A stretch of DNA of 64,000 nt. It comes from Lama glama (Eukaryota). The translations under genes and the position numbers were made by a program. Below, in pieces: positions 33,501 through 48,500 of this stretch. Positions within the stretch are counted from its first letter, which is position 1. Each line of letters starts with the position of its first letter. The stretch lies in the NCBI GenBank assembly GCA_028534125.1, contig CM052849.1:682001-746000 (forward strand), read 5' to 3'. Below the pieces are notes generated by a model. That model was not told where the DNA came from. It saw nothing but the letters and a program-made list of their open reading frames with translations, and did no database searches.

Positions 33501-36500
33501 GCCCAGTCCCTGTGTGGCTCACTGGCTCCCACCCTCCCACCCCTGGGCTCGGTGCAGCCCTTGAGCGGATACAGGATAACAAATTTCAGTTTCACGAAGA
33601 CTGATATTTCTATCGATGTGTTCGATCACTGCAGATGGCATAACCGGGATAGCACTGCAGTTTGTGGCCAGTGGGATGCCTTGTGTCCCTGGTTGGTGTC
33701 TAGAGTGTGTTCCCAGGGGCTTAGGCCCTAGTCACTTTCTCTACAAGCCCACTGCTTGTGGGGGCTCAGCCCAGGACAGAGGCTGGAGTAGCATTCAGAT
33801 CACGGCGCTGAGCCTGCCTGTCTCCCACACCTTCGATCTCAGTGATGAGGACCAGGGGACTCACTCAGTATAGGCCCATCCCCAGCCGTCAGGCCTGCTC
33901 CTTATCAGGGGAGCTGCTGGGGGGCTCCCATCAGCAGTGCTCAGATGGGTACGGGCCCTGTACAGAAGAGGAGAGCCCTGGTGGGACTGCCAGCTGCGGA
34001 CGAGACGGGCACATCTCTGCCCAGCCCCAACCCAGCCCTGGTTGTCCGCCCTCTGGGGGCACATGAGGCCTCAGCCTATAAGCGTGAGCTGTGTCTGAAG
34101 GGACGTCTATGGTGCCCGCCTCCTGGATGGGAGTCAGACTAGGGGGCGCTCCTGCCAGTTCCCAGGGGCGGGACCTGCCGAAGTCCCCTCTCTGGACTGA
34201 CCATTCCCCGGCCCAGGTTTCTGTAGAGAATCATCGTTTTCCCTTTGGTTACGCCTTTCCAACCTTTTATTTTTCCCTCACAGAAATTCTAGCTACTCTG
34301 AGAGGTCATTCTGGCTTGGTGAAGGGGTTGACTTGGGACCCTGTCGGTAAATACATCGCCTCCCAAGCTGATGACCGCAGCCTGAAGGTGTGGAGGACAT
34401 TGGACTGGCAGCTGGAGACCAGCATCACCAAGCCCTTCGACGAGGTAACAAGGCAACCCTCTTGGCCTCCTCACGCCAGGGCGGGGGCTGCTCAGGGTCC
34501 AGACCTTGGGGGAGCCCAGAGTCTGGGGCCCCAAGAGTCAGGTGATGGGAACCTTTCACTTCTCACAAGCTGTTAAATGTTCACCTTTGAAGTGAAAAGG
34601 ATTGTAGGTCTTAAAGCTAAAGTGTTTACATCACACTGCCCCGCAGGGCGGGGGCACTGCAGGTGGATGAGGCTCTTGAGTCTTCCCCGAGTACTCTGGG
34701 CTGGGCTTGCTGCCCTCTGCTCCACAGGCTGGCCAGCTTCCTCAGGGGGACTTAGCAGTCTGGTTATCAGGATGTCTGGAGGTGGGACTGTGGTGGCTTG
34801 TATAGTATCTTATTGTCTCTTCCCTGACTTGAGTTCTGATTGCCTGTGGGATCATAGATCAGGGTCGCTGTTATCCAGTAGATATCCCGTAAGTGCCTCC
34901 TCTGCGTGGGGCCATCCTGAGCACCGCAGATTCTTGCGGACTGGGATGGAGTTACCCAGAGTGTGCAGAAGTGGCTGGGAGGATGGTCTCTCAGGAAAGG
35001 CCCCTCAGAGGATGAGGTGTGAGCACGAGATTTTGTAGGAAGGGTAGACCTGAGCACGGTGGCTTAGTCCTGCTCACCGTGGGCCTTGTGCGTCTCTGGG
35101 ATGGGCCTGTGGGGTGCTGCACTCAGCCCCTGCCTTGCCCGGCCTTCCTCTAGGGATGTGCAGCCTAGATCTTAATTCCTGAGTCTCTAGGGCTGCCCTG
35201 CACTGACCCTGAGCTTCAAGAGGTGGCTTTAGCCACCGTCATCTCACTTCGCAGGAGGAATAATGTGAAAGGATGCCCTGCCTCTGCCCGGGTCGGGGGA
35301 ACATTGCCTGTCTGCTGTGCCGTTTATGGTTTATATGAAATTTACAAACCCCTTCTTGGCTGGTGGGCTTCGGGAGAGCAGATGTGGCCCCGTGGTCACT
35401 GGCTGTGTCGCAGACAGTCTCCTGACCAGGCTTCTGACAGTCAGCAGGGCTCTGTCTCCACTGCAGTGAGGGCTCTGCTGACCTCGCATAGAGTTAACAG
35501 GCGTGGGGCAGAAGAAGGGGCCATGCTCAGAGCCTGGCCACACTTGTTGACGGTGCAAGGTGGTGGCCGTCCTGAGGGCCCAGGCACCGTGTCGAGGGGG
35601 TGGAACGCTGCCCCTCCTAGCTCTCTGATGGCCTTTCTGGCAGATCTTCCAGAGAGGCCGGAGTACAGCCAGAAGCTGGGGTACAGGCCACCAGTGTACG
35701 TTTGTAGGTCAGAGTTCAGCCTGATTCTTAGGGCCAGTCCTGCCACAGAGTTGGCCTTGAGCTCCTTTCAAGCACAGACATCTCTTTCAGTGTGGAGGGA
35801 CGACCCACGTGTTGCGGCTCAGCTGGTCACCTGACGGGCATTACCTGGTATCCGCACACGCCATGAACAACTCTGGCCCCACCGCCCAGATCATTGAGCG
35901 GGAGGGCTGGAAGACCAACATGGACTTCGTCGGGCACCGGAAAGCTGTGACCGTCGTGGTGAGTGAGTGGCTGGGCCTCAGGGAGGCACTGTCAGCCCCG
36001 CCTGCTGTGGCCCCTCAGTCAGGACAGTGCTGTGCTCCCAGAGCCAGGGCCACAGGTGGGGCTGAGGTGGTGGCCCCTCAGATGCAGCACATGTTGCATC
36101 CTTACTGTGTTTTACTTAATGTTTCAGCATTTTAAAGCTTATTCTGCAGGAAAAGATGCACATCTGCATGTTCTGTTGGCAGGTGAACATGATAAATATC
36201 GTGCTGATAGTTTACTGACCATGTGGGACATCCCACATTGGACTTTGATCGGGAATGTCGTCGGCCTGCGCCAGCCTTTCCCCACATTCGGGTCTGCTCA
36301 GGGGGGCGCGAGCCTGTGGCCCTGACAGGTGCCCACCCACCAGGCTCCGGCGGAGCTCCCAGGCCATGCTGGGCTCACTGGGTGCTCACCCCTCACCCTC
36401 AGCCCCTGATCTTGACATGGAGGGAGCAGAGCCCCAAGTTCAGGATTGTGTGTGTGTCCCCCACCCCCGTGCCTTTGGGGCCCTGATGGAAATGTCCTGA

Positions 36501-39500
36501 GAGCCAGGACTTTCCCAGCTGTGAGCGACTGAACAAGTGAATGGATCGGCGGCCAAGGTGGACCCAGATGAAGGGTCACCCAGGACCCTGATCTCAGGGT
36601 TTCATCACCAGATGGGCTTGTCTTTCCATCACCTGTACTGATAACATATATCATCAGCTATTGTGACTTAAAATGTAAATTTCATACAACATTGCTACTT
36701 TAATCTTTTCCTGTTGGACTTGGGAGGATTTTGTTGCAACCCTGGACCTTGTTGCTAAAACAATTGAAACCCTGCTTCATGGTCAGCACAGTGTTCCTGC
36801 GTGCCCCATGTGAGCCTCACAGCCCCAGGGCCTTGCACGCCTCTGGTTCCTGTCCTCCCAGCCCCGTGCAACCCTGGCCCTTCCTGCCTGCTCACTGGGA
36901 TCAGGTCCCTCTGGGCCACCTGCACCAGGCTCCTCCTTGTTGGTCTGGCCTGCGGATTCCCGACCTGAATCTGCCGCTCCTCCTGCCCCTTTCAGCCCAG
37001 CACGTGTTCCCAGCCTTCGCGGAAGTGACACTTGGGTTACATGGGGGTAGCCCCGTGGCATGGCCTTAGCCTGACTCAGTGAGGTCCTGCAGGGCTCACA
37101 CTTTTGACTGTGAACAGGGAGGGGCAGACAGAGACAGTCTCTCCTGTCAGGAGACCGTGTTCCTAAAGCCTGGCTCCTGGAGCTGGTCCTGTGGAACCAG
37201 GAGGGTTCAGAGGCCGGGGTCAGCAGTTCCCGTGCGTGGACCTGGCTGCAGGGGGACCACACAGCTGGTCAAGCCGGCCTCTGATCCAGGCCTCACCACT
37301 TACTCTTGGGGACTCATTGGTGCACATTTCCTGGCCTCTTAAGCCTCCATTTCATCCTCAGCACAATGCCCGCTAGGTAGTTGTGAAGATGCCATAACCA
37401 TGCGGGCGTCCAGGGCTGGCCAGTGTCTGGCGGGGCTCCCTGGTGGGCTGGGACTGCAGGGTGCCTCGTATTTGGCGTGGGTTACCTGCTTGACGCTTCA
37501 TTCGTTACTAACTTTTGTTATTTGGTTTTAGAAATTCAACCCAAAAATCTTCAAGAAGAAGCAGAAGAACGGGAGCTCCGCAAAGCCCAGCTGTCCGTAC
37601 TGCTGCTGTGCTGTGGGCAGCAAGGACCGTTCACTGTCTGTCTGGGTGAGGCCCTGCTGAGCGTCCCCTTCCGAGCACTTCCGCAGCTCTTGTGGGGGCA
37701 GGACCTGGAGCCTTGGGAGAGGAGAGACCCTGCTTTGAATGGTGATCAGTGGCTGCTTCTGCCCTGCACCTGGTGCTGCCCTCCTGTAACCCCAGAGGGA
37801 AGCACTGAAGACTGGGCGGGCCAGGAGGGGCCACCCTGACCCCCGACCAGAACAGCTCTGGTGTCCAGACCCAGGGAACCCTCCAGTGGTCAGGGCTATG
37901 GGTAGCGCATTGTGTCAGCTTTCTTTTGAAAGAACCTGTGTGTCAGCGGGTAACCTACGTAACATGTCCCCTGAGGTGTACAGCTCTGTGCCTTCATCGT
38001 CAGATGTGTGTGCTCCTCCGGAGCTGCCCCCCACCCACCACAGGACCCTGCCCCAGCCACCTTGACGGCACCTATTTCTGAACTTCACATGAGTGGAGTT
38101 ACATTGTTACTTTTTGCGTCTTGGGTCACTCTCACTTGGTATAATGTGGCTAGAATTTGTGTATGCCGCTGTCTTTAATGATGGTTTATTCCCTGTTGTT
38201 CATTCCCTTCAAGCAGAGTGGGTTTAAAGTTGTAGATTTGAAAGTTATCCTGTAGCTGCATTTATGACAGTTGTTTGTCACGGAGAAATCATGTGGCCCC
38301 GTTCTAGGCCCTGGGCCCGGCATGCCACCAGCAGCCTAGGCACCTTCCTCCTGGACTCCTCCAGGCCTGGGCCATCCTTGGTGCTTCGACCACATGTCAC
38401 TGATCGATGTCAGGTGTTCATGGGGGTTCTGGGCTTCTGAGCGGTCTGCAGGCACGTCTGTGGGACCGGGGGCAGGGCAGGTTTTTCCCAGAAGTGGAAC
38501 TACAGTAGGGCAAGCGTCTTGTGGGTTCCAGGCGGCTCAGACTCCAGCTCTTTCCTCAGGGCTAGGGTGGCTGCAGCTCCTTCCCTGCACCAGCCTTCCA
38601 GAAGCTTCCATAGCACCTGCTGGGAGCCCTTCACAAGCATCCCCCCCACCCCAAGCCTGCTGTCATGTGGCCCAGGACCTGTCAGTGGGGTGAGCAGACA
38701 CTAGTGTGTGAGAGACATTTGTGTAAGTCATCAGAATGTTAATGGTGGTTAGTTTGGAGTCTGGATCAGGACAGCTTAAATTGGTTTTGTGAACTGTCTG
38801 CACACAGCCTTTGCAGAAGGGACCTGTGTAATGCAGGAAGCTGGTTCCACTGAGCCTGGGATGTGTGTGTACCCGAATTCAGCCTGGAAGGGGTGCTGAG
38901 TTCCCTCTGAGGGAGCGTCCTTTGCTGCCTCATCCCCTGCCCAGGGCTTGGCATCCCACCCCTGCTCTGTAGACCCTCTTCTCTGTTGCTGGTCATGTGT
39001 GTACAGCCATGTCCCCTGCCAGCACACACGTCCGGACTGGGTCTGGGCATTGGCTGCCGGAGTAGAGTTGAGGCTGTCCTTTGTGTCGACAGAGCTCCAT
39101 CCAGGGTCCCTGGGTCCAGGGTTTAAGGGAGCCGAGTGGACGTGGAGGGCTGCCTTCGTTTCGATCACCTTTGCCGCCGCTTTCCTTCCAGCTCACGTGT
39201 CTGAAACGGCCTTTGGTTGTNNNNNNNNNNNNNNNNNNNNNNNNNNNNNNNNNNNNNNNNNNNNNNNNNNNNNNNNNNNNNNNNNNNNNNNNNNNNNNNN
39301 NNNNNNNNNNNNNNNNNNNNGCCCCCACACTTCTTCCCCAGCTCTGCATCCATCCTCCGCATGTTGCGGGGCTGGAGCCCGGCCGCTGATGGCCGTCTCT
39401 TTCAGGACGCTGAATGGGCTAGGCATCCTGGTGTGCTCTATGGATGGCTCCGTGGCATTCCTGGATTTCTCCCAGGACGAGCTGGGAGACCCCCTGAGCG

Positions 39501-42500
39501 AGGAGGAGAAGGTAGGAAGGCAGCGCCCCCACCCCAGCTCTGGCCTGCGTGCTGCACGCGTCCTGAGAGGATGCCTCTCACGACCCACAGACACGTTTCC
39601 TGAAATGTTCCCGCATCTGCCTCTCATCTGTGATAATCCTTGATCTTCTCCACAAGATAGATTAATTTAAAGTGAGGCTCTGTTCTGGTCAGAAACCAGT
39701 CCTAGACTTAAGAATAGAACCCTGGGCCTCTCCTGAGCTGCTGCTCAGCCACACTGGGGTCCCCACTCTCATCCTGCCATCCTGTCCCGACAACGTTGCC
39801 TAGGCCAGACCCTGGCCGTGCATTTGCACATAGGATTTCACTGAACTGATAAAGAACACTTCAGGGCAGGGCTACCCTGTTTCACTGAGGAAGTAACAGC
39901 CTCGGGAAACAGTCCGGCCCTCCCTTTGCTGAGGCCATGGTGACTCAGAGGGTCTGAGAACAAAAGCATGAACCACTCGCAGCCTCTGGGCCAGGCCGCC
40001 TCTGCACTGTGCTGTGCCCAGATGGAGTGGCCCGGGCCCATCCTCCAGGCCCTGGTGGAGGCGCTGTGTCACCTCCCTTGGGCGGATGCCAGCCAGCCTG
40101 CAGATAGGCCGTCACCCATACGCCGAAGGATGCATTCGTGTTGGAAAGCCCAGAGCAGGCCAGCCACCCTGCCCTTGGTGAAGCTTCCACATAGGCTGTG
40201 TGGGGACCATCCCACAATAATGTGCACCCTCAGGGGTGGGGCCTGCCTTGCTCCGGCCCCTGGACATCCTGGTACCTCACAGTCGTTTGTCCATTGACCT
40301 AAGGGATGAGTGTGTCCGCAGCCTCAGGTTTTATCCCCGCCTGTCAGTGTCATCAGGTGTCCTAGGAGTGCCGAGCCCGCTCCCTGCTTAGAGTCACGGG
40401 GTTGGGGGGTCCTGTGCGGGAGCAGGTAGAGGCAGGGGCCCTGTGTTTGAGGAGCAAATTCTGGCTCAAGACTCCAGGGGGCCAGGTCCCAGTTCTCCTC
40501 ACCCAGCATCCTTCCTGCAAGGCAGTCGTCCTGCTCACCCCCTGCATCAGTCATCTGACATCCTGAGCAAGTCTGCCCCTCGTCATAGGGGCTGTTCTGC
40601 GTGCTGGGGCCCCGTTCCTGCCCACACGGGGTCTGGCTTGTGGCCCAGGACTCCTGAGACCTGGGGGGATGGAGGGAGGAGTCAGGATGTGTTGGGGGAC
40701 AGCAGAGGCAGAGAAAGACCCCCCCCCAGGTCTTTGCACCAGGCCTTTCCTCGCTTTTGGGGACTGTTGGCCCCATAGAGACCTCCAACCACGCGGACTG
40801 ACGGCACAGGCAGGAGCAATGAAAGCTGGCTCTGGGCTTCAAGGTCTGGTTCCCAGACGAGTTTGGGGTCTGTAGCTTGAGTTAAGAGCTTTACGTTAGA
40901 ACTTTGAGTGTCATCATTTCAGTTCAGTGTGTGTCTGTTGCTGTTGTTCAGCACCAGATCTGCCGCAGGTGTTTTCCTGGCGGCTCCACGGTCTCCCTGA
41001 TTCGCAGCCACGTGAGGCTGTAGATGCCTAGCGAGGGTATGTGACCTCCCCAGTGTCTCCAGTCAGCACTGGGCAGAACAGGGTGGACAGTTGGGGAGCT
41101 GGTGTCCAGGGCTCTGGGCCCTGCCTGCCCCGGCACAGTGCCACGCCTCTCTGCCTCCCCTAGAGCCGCATCCACCAGTCCACCTATGGCAAGAGCTTGG
41201 CCATCATGGCTGAGGCGCAGCTTTCCACAGCCGTCATTGAAAACCCCGAGATGCTCCAGTACCAGCGGAGGCAGCAGCTGGGCCAGGGGGGCACAGCGGC
41301 CAGGGAGACAGGTGCCACGGCTGCGGTGGCTGGCGTTGTCAATGGGGAGAGTCTGGAGGACATCAGGAAGGTGAGCGCCAGGCCTGGGACCGCACGAGGG
41401 GATAGGGGGTCTCAGCAGGGCTCAGACGCGTGTGCTGGGGAGGGTGGACAGGACCTGGGACGAACCACCTTGGGGCCTGAGGCACCTCATCCAAGGCCTG
41501 GTCCCTGGAGCTCTCAAGGAGCTGCTCCTAGTGGAACTTTCAAACCTCACCTCTAGCCCTTCTTAGAGATTGCAGGGACTGAGAGCATTGTGCTTCAGGC
41601 TCTGCCCTTGGGGTCATCTGCTAGCACCCCCTTCTCGCTTTGGAAGTCCATGTTTCCCTGGGGGGTTTGGAAGACGGAAATGGGAGACGTCAGGGGCTCG
41701 TGCAGGCGCTCAGCCTCCCGAGTGACGCGTACACACCATGTGACCAGAACTCTTGGTTGCGAGCCTTCAGTGAAAGACAGTGCACATCACAGCTGAGAGA
41801 GGAGTGCGAGTCTCATCTGGGAGCTCCCTTGTTGAGTCCCGTGGCTGTGGGTGGGGAGGCCAGCCTGGCACGTGCTCGCTGTCCCAGGAACCCGGCTGGG
41901 TGCAGCCTGGAGACACAGGAGGTGCTGGAGCTGGTTCAGTGGGAAGCCTCTGTCCTCACTGCATCACTGCGGGAAGTCAAGCACACTCCCTCATAAAACA
42001 CTTGTACTGTGATGAGGCCGCTTGGGTTAGTTGTATCTGAAAGGCCACAGGAAGGGAGGTTAGATACATTTCATTCGAAGCCTTATTTTTTGGTATTCAG
42101 AGACAGTTGACAGACACGTTTCCATTCATTTTTGTCACTCTGCTTTGCCAGAATCTCTTAAAGAAGCAAGTTGAGACTCGGACGGCAGACGGCCGGAGGA
42201 GAATCACGCCCCTCTGCATCGCACAGCTGGACACCGGGTACTGGTCCGCTCGCCCAGCTTTCTGTGGCCTCACTGGGAGGTCTTCCTGTCCTTTCTCCAG
42301 TTAGCGCTGTCATGCCCAGATCTTGCGGTCCCTGGGGCCAGCCTCACCCGTAGAGTCTGGAAGCGCGTGGTGGAGCCCCGCTTCCCAGCTGCCGCAGAGC
42401 CTCGGCTCCCGCAGGGCCCCGTGCACATGTGACGGTGCTGCGGGCTCCACAGTGCCAGCCTGTCCACGCCAGAGAGAGAAGTCAGACTGAGTCGCTTCTG

Positions 42501-45500
42501 TTTCTTTCTCCCTTTTATAGCCTCCTCTTTCTGGTTATGAAAGGAGTATATCTGCGCTACTGAAAGTGGTAAAAGCCCAAAGGACATAAACGCTATCCGT
42601 AATCCAGTCTTTCAGACGTGGTCACTGTAACATTTTGGTATCTGTCTCCCACTTGTTCCTATATCTCGACCTTGTGTCCGTTTCAATAAATAGTCCTCTG
42701 AAGCATCAGCTTGCTGACTGTCCAGGCACCCAGCCTGGGAACGCACCATGTGGACTTGTAGCTGGTCCGGTGTTTTCAGATTGGAAAGAACCTCAGCACA
42801 CCTGTGACTTCCCTCGCGACCCTTCCCAGAGCGGACTTGCTGGGTGAAGGGTAGAGTTCCCTGAGGGTGGGGTCGGGGACTCGGTTGCTGCTTGCTGCTG
42901 TCTTGGCATCTGTAGTCAGGCTTGCTTTGCATTGGTCATTCTCCCCAAAATGAGGTGTGTTGAGTTAAAGGATGTAAGGCCCTGTGTGAAAGGGACAGAC
43001 TGCACATCAAGGTGGCTCGTCCTGCTCACTCATTTGCTCAGGGAGCCACACAGCACTCTGCCCTCTGCACTGGTTCCTCCATGAGCTGTTCCTGGCCTTC
43101 CCGGAAGTCCGAGGAGATGTGCATGTCAGGTGTGCAGGCGCCAAGGCCCTAGAGGGCAGAGCCCACTCCCCACCCCTCCCACGGAGTGGCTGTACCTGGT
43201 CAAGGCTTCCCCGACTGTGAACCTGTGGGGGTGGTGCCACCGGCCCACCTTCTATCAGGACCAAGTCAGACTGAGGGTGCTACTGTGCCCAAGCACCTCA
43301 GAGCTTGTGGGGGGTGATGGTGTGGAGCTGGTGGAGGTGAGGGTGGCACTTTGGTTCTGTGGATCCTTCCAGGCCTCACTGAGGACTCAGGTGGTAGATG
43401 GCTTCCTGCCTGGCCTTGAGCCCACTCTCTGCCACGGGGTACATGTTTCTGCACCAGAACTTGATTCTTTTGGTCTTAAAGACTTTTTTGCCCTCCTGAT
43501 TCCTAGATTAAAACAAGTAGCAACAGAATAGGTAATTAATTATTAGCTTGGCTATCAAGAAAGAAAAGAAAAGGTGCAAATAATTAAAATGGAAAGAAGT
43601 GGGAAATGATCACAAATAAAGAATAGGTCAAAAGGATGAAACACTTTTTGCTGAACTCTGTTAAAATAAATTTGGAAGTCGATGATTTTGAAGAAAAGAA
43701 AAATTACCAAAACTGAAGAAAATCTGTGCAGGTGAATTATTAGAGAAGAAATAGAGGACACTGTCAGAGATTTAATCTGCCAGGAGCCACCATACTATGA
43801 GGTATGATAGCTTCATGGGAAAATTCTAACAAATGTTTAAGGAACAGATTATCCTAATACTATTGGAAGTATGTAGTGTGTAGAAAAAGAAAGCTTGCAA
43901 AATCTTATGTTGAAATGAGCACAGTACTGAAATTTCACAGTGAAAATGTGACAAAGATATGATAAGTTTCTGATCAATCTCATTTCCAAATGTCAGTACA
44001 AAATCCTGAATAAAATAAAAACAAACAGAACCTTCCAGTGTGCTAACATGCTAATACACTATAAATAAAATTTATTTCAGAAAAAGTGGTTCAAACAATT
44101 TTGGGACACTGAATTTACTCCTACGCATCAATAGATCAAAATAAATGAATTGTATGACCATCTCCGTAGATGCTCGAGGCATTTTTGTTAAATCCAAATC
44201 ACTCTTACTTAAAACTCAGTTAAATGGAAGTAGATGGATGCTTGCTTAACTCGATAAAGCATCTTACTTCAAATTAAATTTACAAACTAAACAGACGTCT
44301 ACTCTTGTGATTAATGTAACGTTGTTCTGGATATTCTGGCTCATACAGTTAGTCAAGAGAAAGAAATTAGAAAGGAAGTGGTAAGTGTGTCATTCTTTAA
44401 AGATGATGTGACCTACAAGAAAATCAGCTGGGGGACTGCCGTAGACAGTGAAAGGAGACAAGCAGGTAACGGGACGTAATGAGACGAACTCGCACAACCA
44501 CCTTTAGAAGATACAAAGGAAGAAGTCACTTCCAGAAATACAAGACCTGATGGAACAAGGAAGGGGAATATCCTTATGAAGAAGAAACTTTACTCCATCG
44601 AGAGACCTAGAAGACAGTTCACAGAAGTCGCTAAAAATGCATGCCGTTTGTTAGCTAGGGTGACTCCATATCACAAAGGTGACAGGTCTCTCTCAGCCGT
44701 AAATGTGACCTGAGCAAATACTGCAACCACAGGAGTTTTCAGAATCAGACCCATTCCAAAGTTACGTGGAAAAACAAACAGAAGTAGCAGAAGTATTTGT
44801 GAAGAAGATGAAATCACGGAAGACTAGCCCCACTACAAATTAAAGCTTACAACATAGAAATTAAAACGAAGGTACTGATGCATGAATAGACAGAACAGTG
44901 AAACACAATGGAAAAGCCAGAAATAGGCTCAAATATTTTGCACCTGCGATGGATTGTTATCTAATTCAATAAATGAAGTCAGGACTATGTGATACTCTGA
45001 GGAAACAAAACTGGAGCCTTACCTCACAACTTAAAATTTTCCACAGATCAGAAATTTTTCAGAGAACAACATTCTGTACAGCTCAGAGGTGATTTTTTTT
45101 AACTTTTTTGTTACTCAAATTTTAGAATATTCCATAGAAGAACATTTTTATAATCTCAGAGATAAAGTCTTTTCTACAAAATTTAGACCACATAAAAATA
45201 ACATTTTTGGCAAGGACAGTTACATGATAGAGGGTCAAAACACAACATCCTGGGCAAAATAGTTCCTGCTCATGTAGGAACTTTTCAAAGTGTCCTTAAA
45301 GCCAGTAAATCAATAGCAAAGACCAGTAAGGAAACAGAACAGTACATGGTAGATGTCCACAAACAGCTCAGAAAAAGGGGAATCAGATGTTTCCAGATGA
45401 AAAAATGTCAGCCTCGCAGCAGAAAATAAACTAAAGCTGTAGTAAGGTACCATTTTTCATCTACCAGATTGTCAGATGTCAAGACTTTGGTAACCATTGC

Positions 45501-48500
45501 AGAGGGTGTGCAGAGATGGCACTCTTATGAGGAGGGCCCTCTAGAACCAGAAATCCAAAATCATCCGTGAGCATTCCGTTTGCTGCTGCAGTCCCTTCTA
45601 GGGATGTATCCTGGTGGTGGGGTGATGTGTAGCGGGCATCCCCAAGCAGACACTGTTCTGAGCATGCCTGCTGGAACCGCCGTGGTCCAGGCAGTGACCC
45701 CGGGGCCCTCAGCACTCACACCGCAGGCTCCTCTCCTGGGCCAGCAGTGTCTGCTACAGAGACCTGGGAGGCCCTCCGCTCCTTCCTCGGGGGAGGCTGA
45801 TTAGGTAAATTGTGGGATGCCCACACTGCCTGTGGCAGGAGGGAGGCCTGCCCTGTGTCCTGTGAGGTGCGATTGCACGTATGAACACCTTGGAGGTCGG
45901 GGTGTGTGATGACCAGTGGCGTCCAACAGTTATTATTGGTAGCAGCCCTTTTCTTTCTTAGTGCTTTGTGAGTACCAGTTCCTCTTCGGTCTAATGAAAT
46001 ACAGTGTATGAAGTGATTTTAATTTCTTCATTGCTTCTCTGTAACTTGCATGAGCATTCTACCGTGAAAACACACTGCCTGTGGACCCAGACAAAGCATT
46101 GCTTAGAAAGTGTGAGGGCTTGGTGAGGGGCTAGATGGCCGAGGCTGACCTCTCTCCTTCTTGGCAACAGGGACTTCTCCACGGCCTTCTTTAACAGCAT
46201 CCCGCTCTCGGGCTCCCTGGCGGGCACCATGCTCACCTCCCATAGTGGTCCGCAGCTGCTGCCACTGGACTCCAGCACCCCAGTCTCCTTCAGCGCCTCC
46301 AAGCCTCCCACAGAGCCTGTGGCAACAGCGGGCGCCAGGCCTGCGGGCGATGCTGTCAGTAAGGACAGGTGAGCAGGTGCAAGGATTGCTCCTGTCCCCG
46401 GGGGAAGGGCAGGTATGGACACTTCCAGGGATGCTTCATCCTCTTCAGTTAAGAAAGATGCTTGGTTTCAGATGAGGGCCTGCTCGGAAGGGAGGCCTTG
46501 ATCAGGTGAGTCTGATGCTCCGGGCCCTGAGGATCTCCAGTCCTAGGGGAGATGCAGTCCCAGGGTCAGCTGCGAAGGGTAGGGACTGGCCAGTGACACA
46601 TCAGCTGCCCCATTGGCCAGTCAGCCCTGGTGGGAGCGTGGCCACCCCCATGTCTCAGGCAGGGTGCTGGTGTGCGGTGGCCAGGATTCCCCTTGTTCAG
46701 AGCACATTTGCTTGGGGAGCCCGAGTCTTCGCTGACCATCACCTGGAGGCCAAATTAGAAGTCAGAAAGGACCTGTGAGCAGGACTAGGCCGGGAGCTGT
46801 GCACTTGGGGCATTTGCCCAGCACGTGCTCAGGGTTACACACTGGGCTAGGCCCAGATGTCTGCAGGGGGTTGACTGCTGGGCCCTCATCCCCAGGGAGT
46901 GCCTAGGCTGGGAGAGGAAGGCCCCTGGGAGCACTCCACCTGGAGCGCATAGAGGCTGACCTGGGGGAGCAGCAGACCCCTGAGCAGTTGGAGCGGGATG
47001 GGCACTTTGACCTGCTCCTGAGGAAACAGCCCAAACTGAGCCACCCTGGCACATGCCGCTGACACTGGCAGAGATTCTCCCGCATCGGAGACAGGGCCTA
47101 GCCTCATCGCGGCCTCCTACCTCTGGCTCTGGTGTCGTGGCTTCAAAGGCATCAGGTGTCACCTCCCCCTTGAGGAAAGAGAAGAGGAAAGAGCAGCTGG
47201 ACCAGTTAGGGAGGAGAGCCCCTGGGGGAAGAGTGTCTGGGGAAGGACAGGTCCTGAGAGAGGAAGAGAGGGTTGTCTGGAATGCCTGTGGGCGCCCAGC
47301 CTAGGGCCAGCAGCAGGGAGGGTGGTCAGCCTGGATGTGATCCAAGGAGGCCCCATGGCTTCTGGCTCCTGTAGGGCTTCCCGTCAGACCCAGCGGGAAA
47401 GCTGGTGGTCAGAGTGGGTCAGGGTGGAGTGGCTATATTCACATTGTGGAGGTGGGCTCCGGGTCACCCACACCCAGCCCCGGGCCTTCGCCAGCTGTGC
47501 TTATGTGCCCTCCACCTCCTCCCCCAGTGTGAACGCTACCTCGACTCCTGCTGCATTGTCACCCTCTGTGCTCACCACCCCGTCCAAGATCGAACCTATG
47601 AAAGCCTTCGACTCTCGATTCACAGAGCGGTCCAAAGCCACACCAGGTGCCCCCTCCCTGACCAGCATGACTCCGACGGCTGTGGAAAGGTAGGTGGAGG
47701 CTGCATGGGGTGTGGGAGACCCGGGGAGGGGCCGGCAGGGGCCGGCAGGGCAGTGCCTGCCCTCCATAGGGCTGCAGAACCCCGTCCCTGTGCTTGGGAG
47801 CTGCCACTCCAAGGAGAGGAAAGGCTGCTCCCAGTGAGAAGATAGATGGATGGAGCCGCTGGGAAGGCCTCCGGACAAAGGCATGAGGGCCAGGTGGTAC
47901 GGAGGCTGCGCTGAGTGGGCTCAGTGTCCAACGGGAGCTCAGAGTCTGCCCAGAAGAGGAAGGAAACTGGTCGGAGGGCAGAGGGCTCAGATGCTGACCA
48001 GGAGGGTGGTTGGGAGCTGAGGTGGAGGTGAGGGAGGGCAGGTCCTTGTGAAGTCAGGCCTCTGGGCTCCGGCAGGCTCTGTTCTCCACACCTCCCTCAG
48101 CACACAGCCGCCAAGTCAGTGGGAAGTAGTTTGCTGGGTCATGGAGTTGCAGGAGTGGTCCTGAGGTGCCCAAACTGAGTGTTGCAGCCTCTGTGGTTGG
48201 CTTAGGGCTGCTCTGCCTCTGGGGGGCCCCTCCCAAGCCCGCTGTGACAGAGCTCACTGTGCTGTCCAGCAAGTCGCGGGCTGGAGGGTTCGACGTGGCC
48301 AGGCCATCTTCCTCCACCAGGACCAGGGCTTTACGAGCCATGTCCACTGCAGGATGATTTGGCTCAGCCAGATCAGGGACATGGGTCAGAGACTCCCACA
48401 GGAGCCACACAGCCAGCAGGTTCCCAGTGAGGGGGAGCGTGGGCTGAGACCAGCCTTGCAGTGGTCTGTGTCTTGGAGCTAAAGCCACAGTGTGCTGTCC

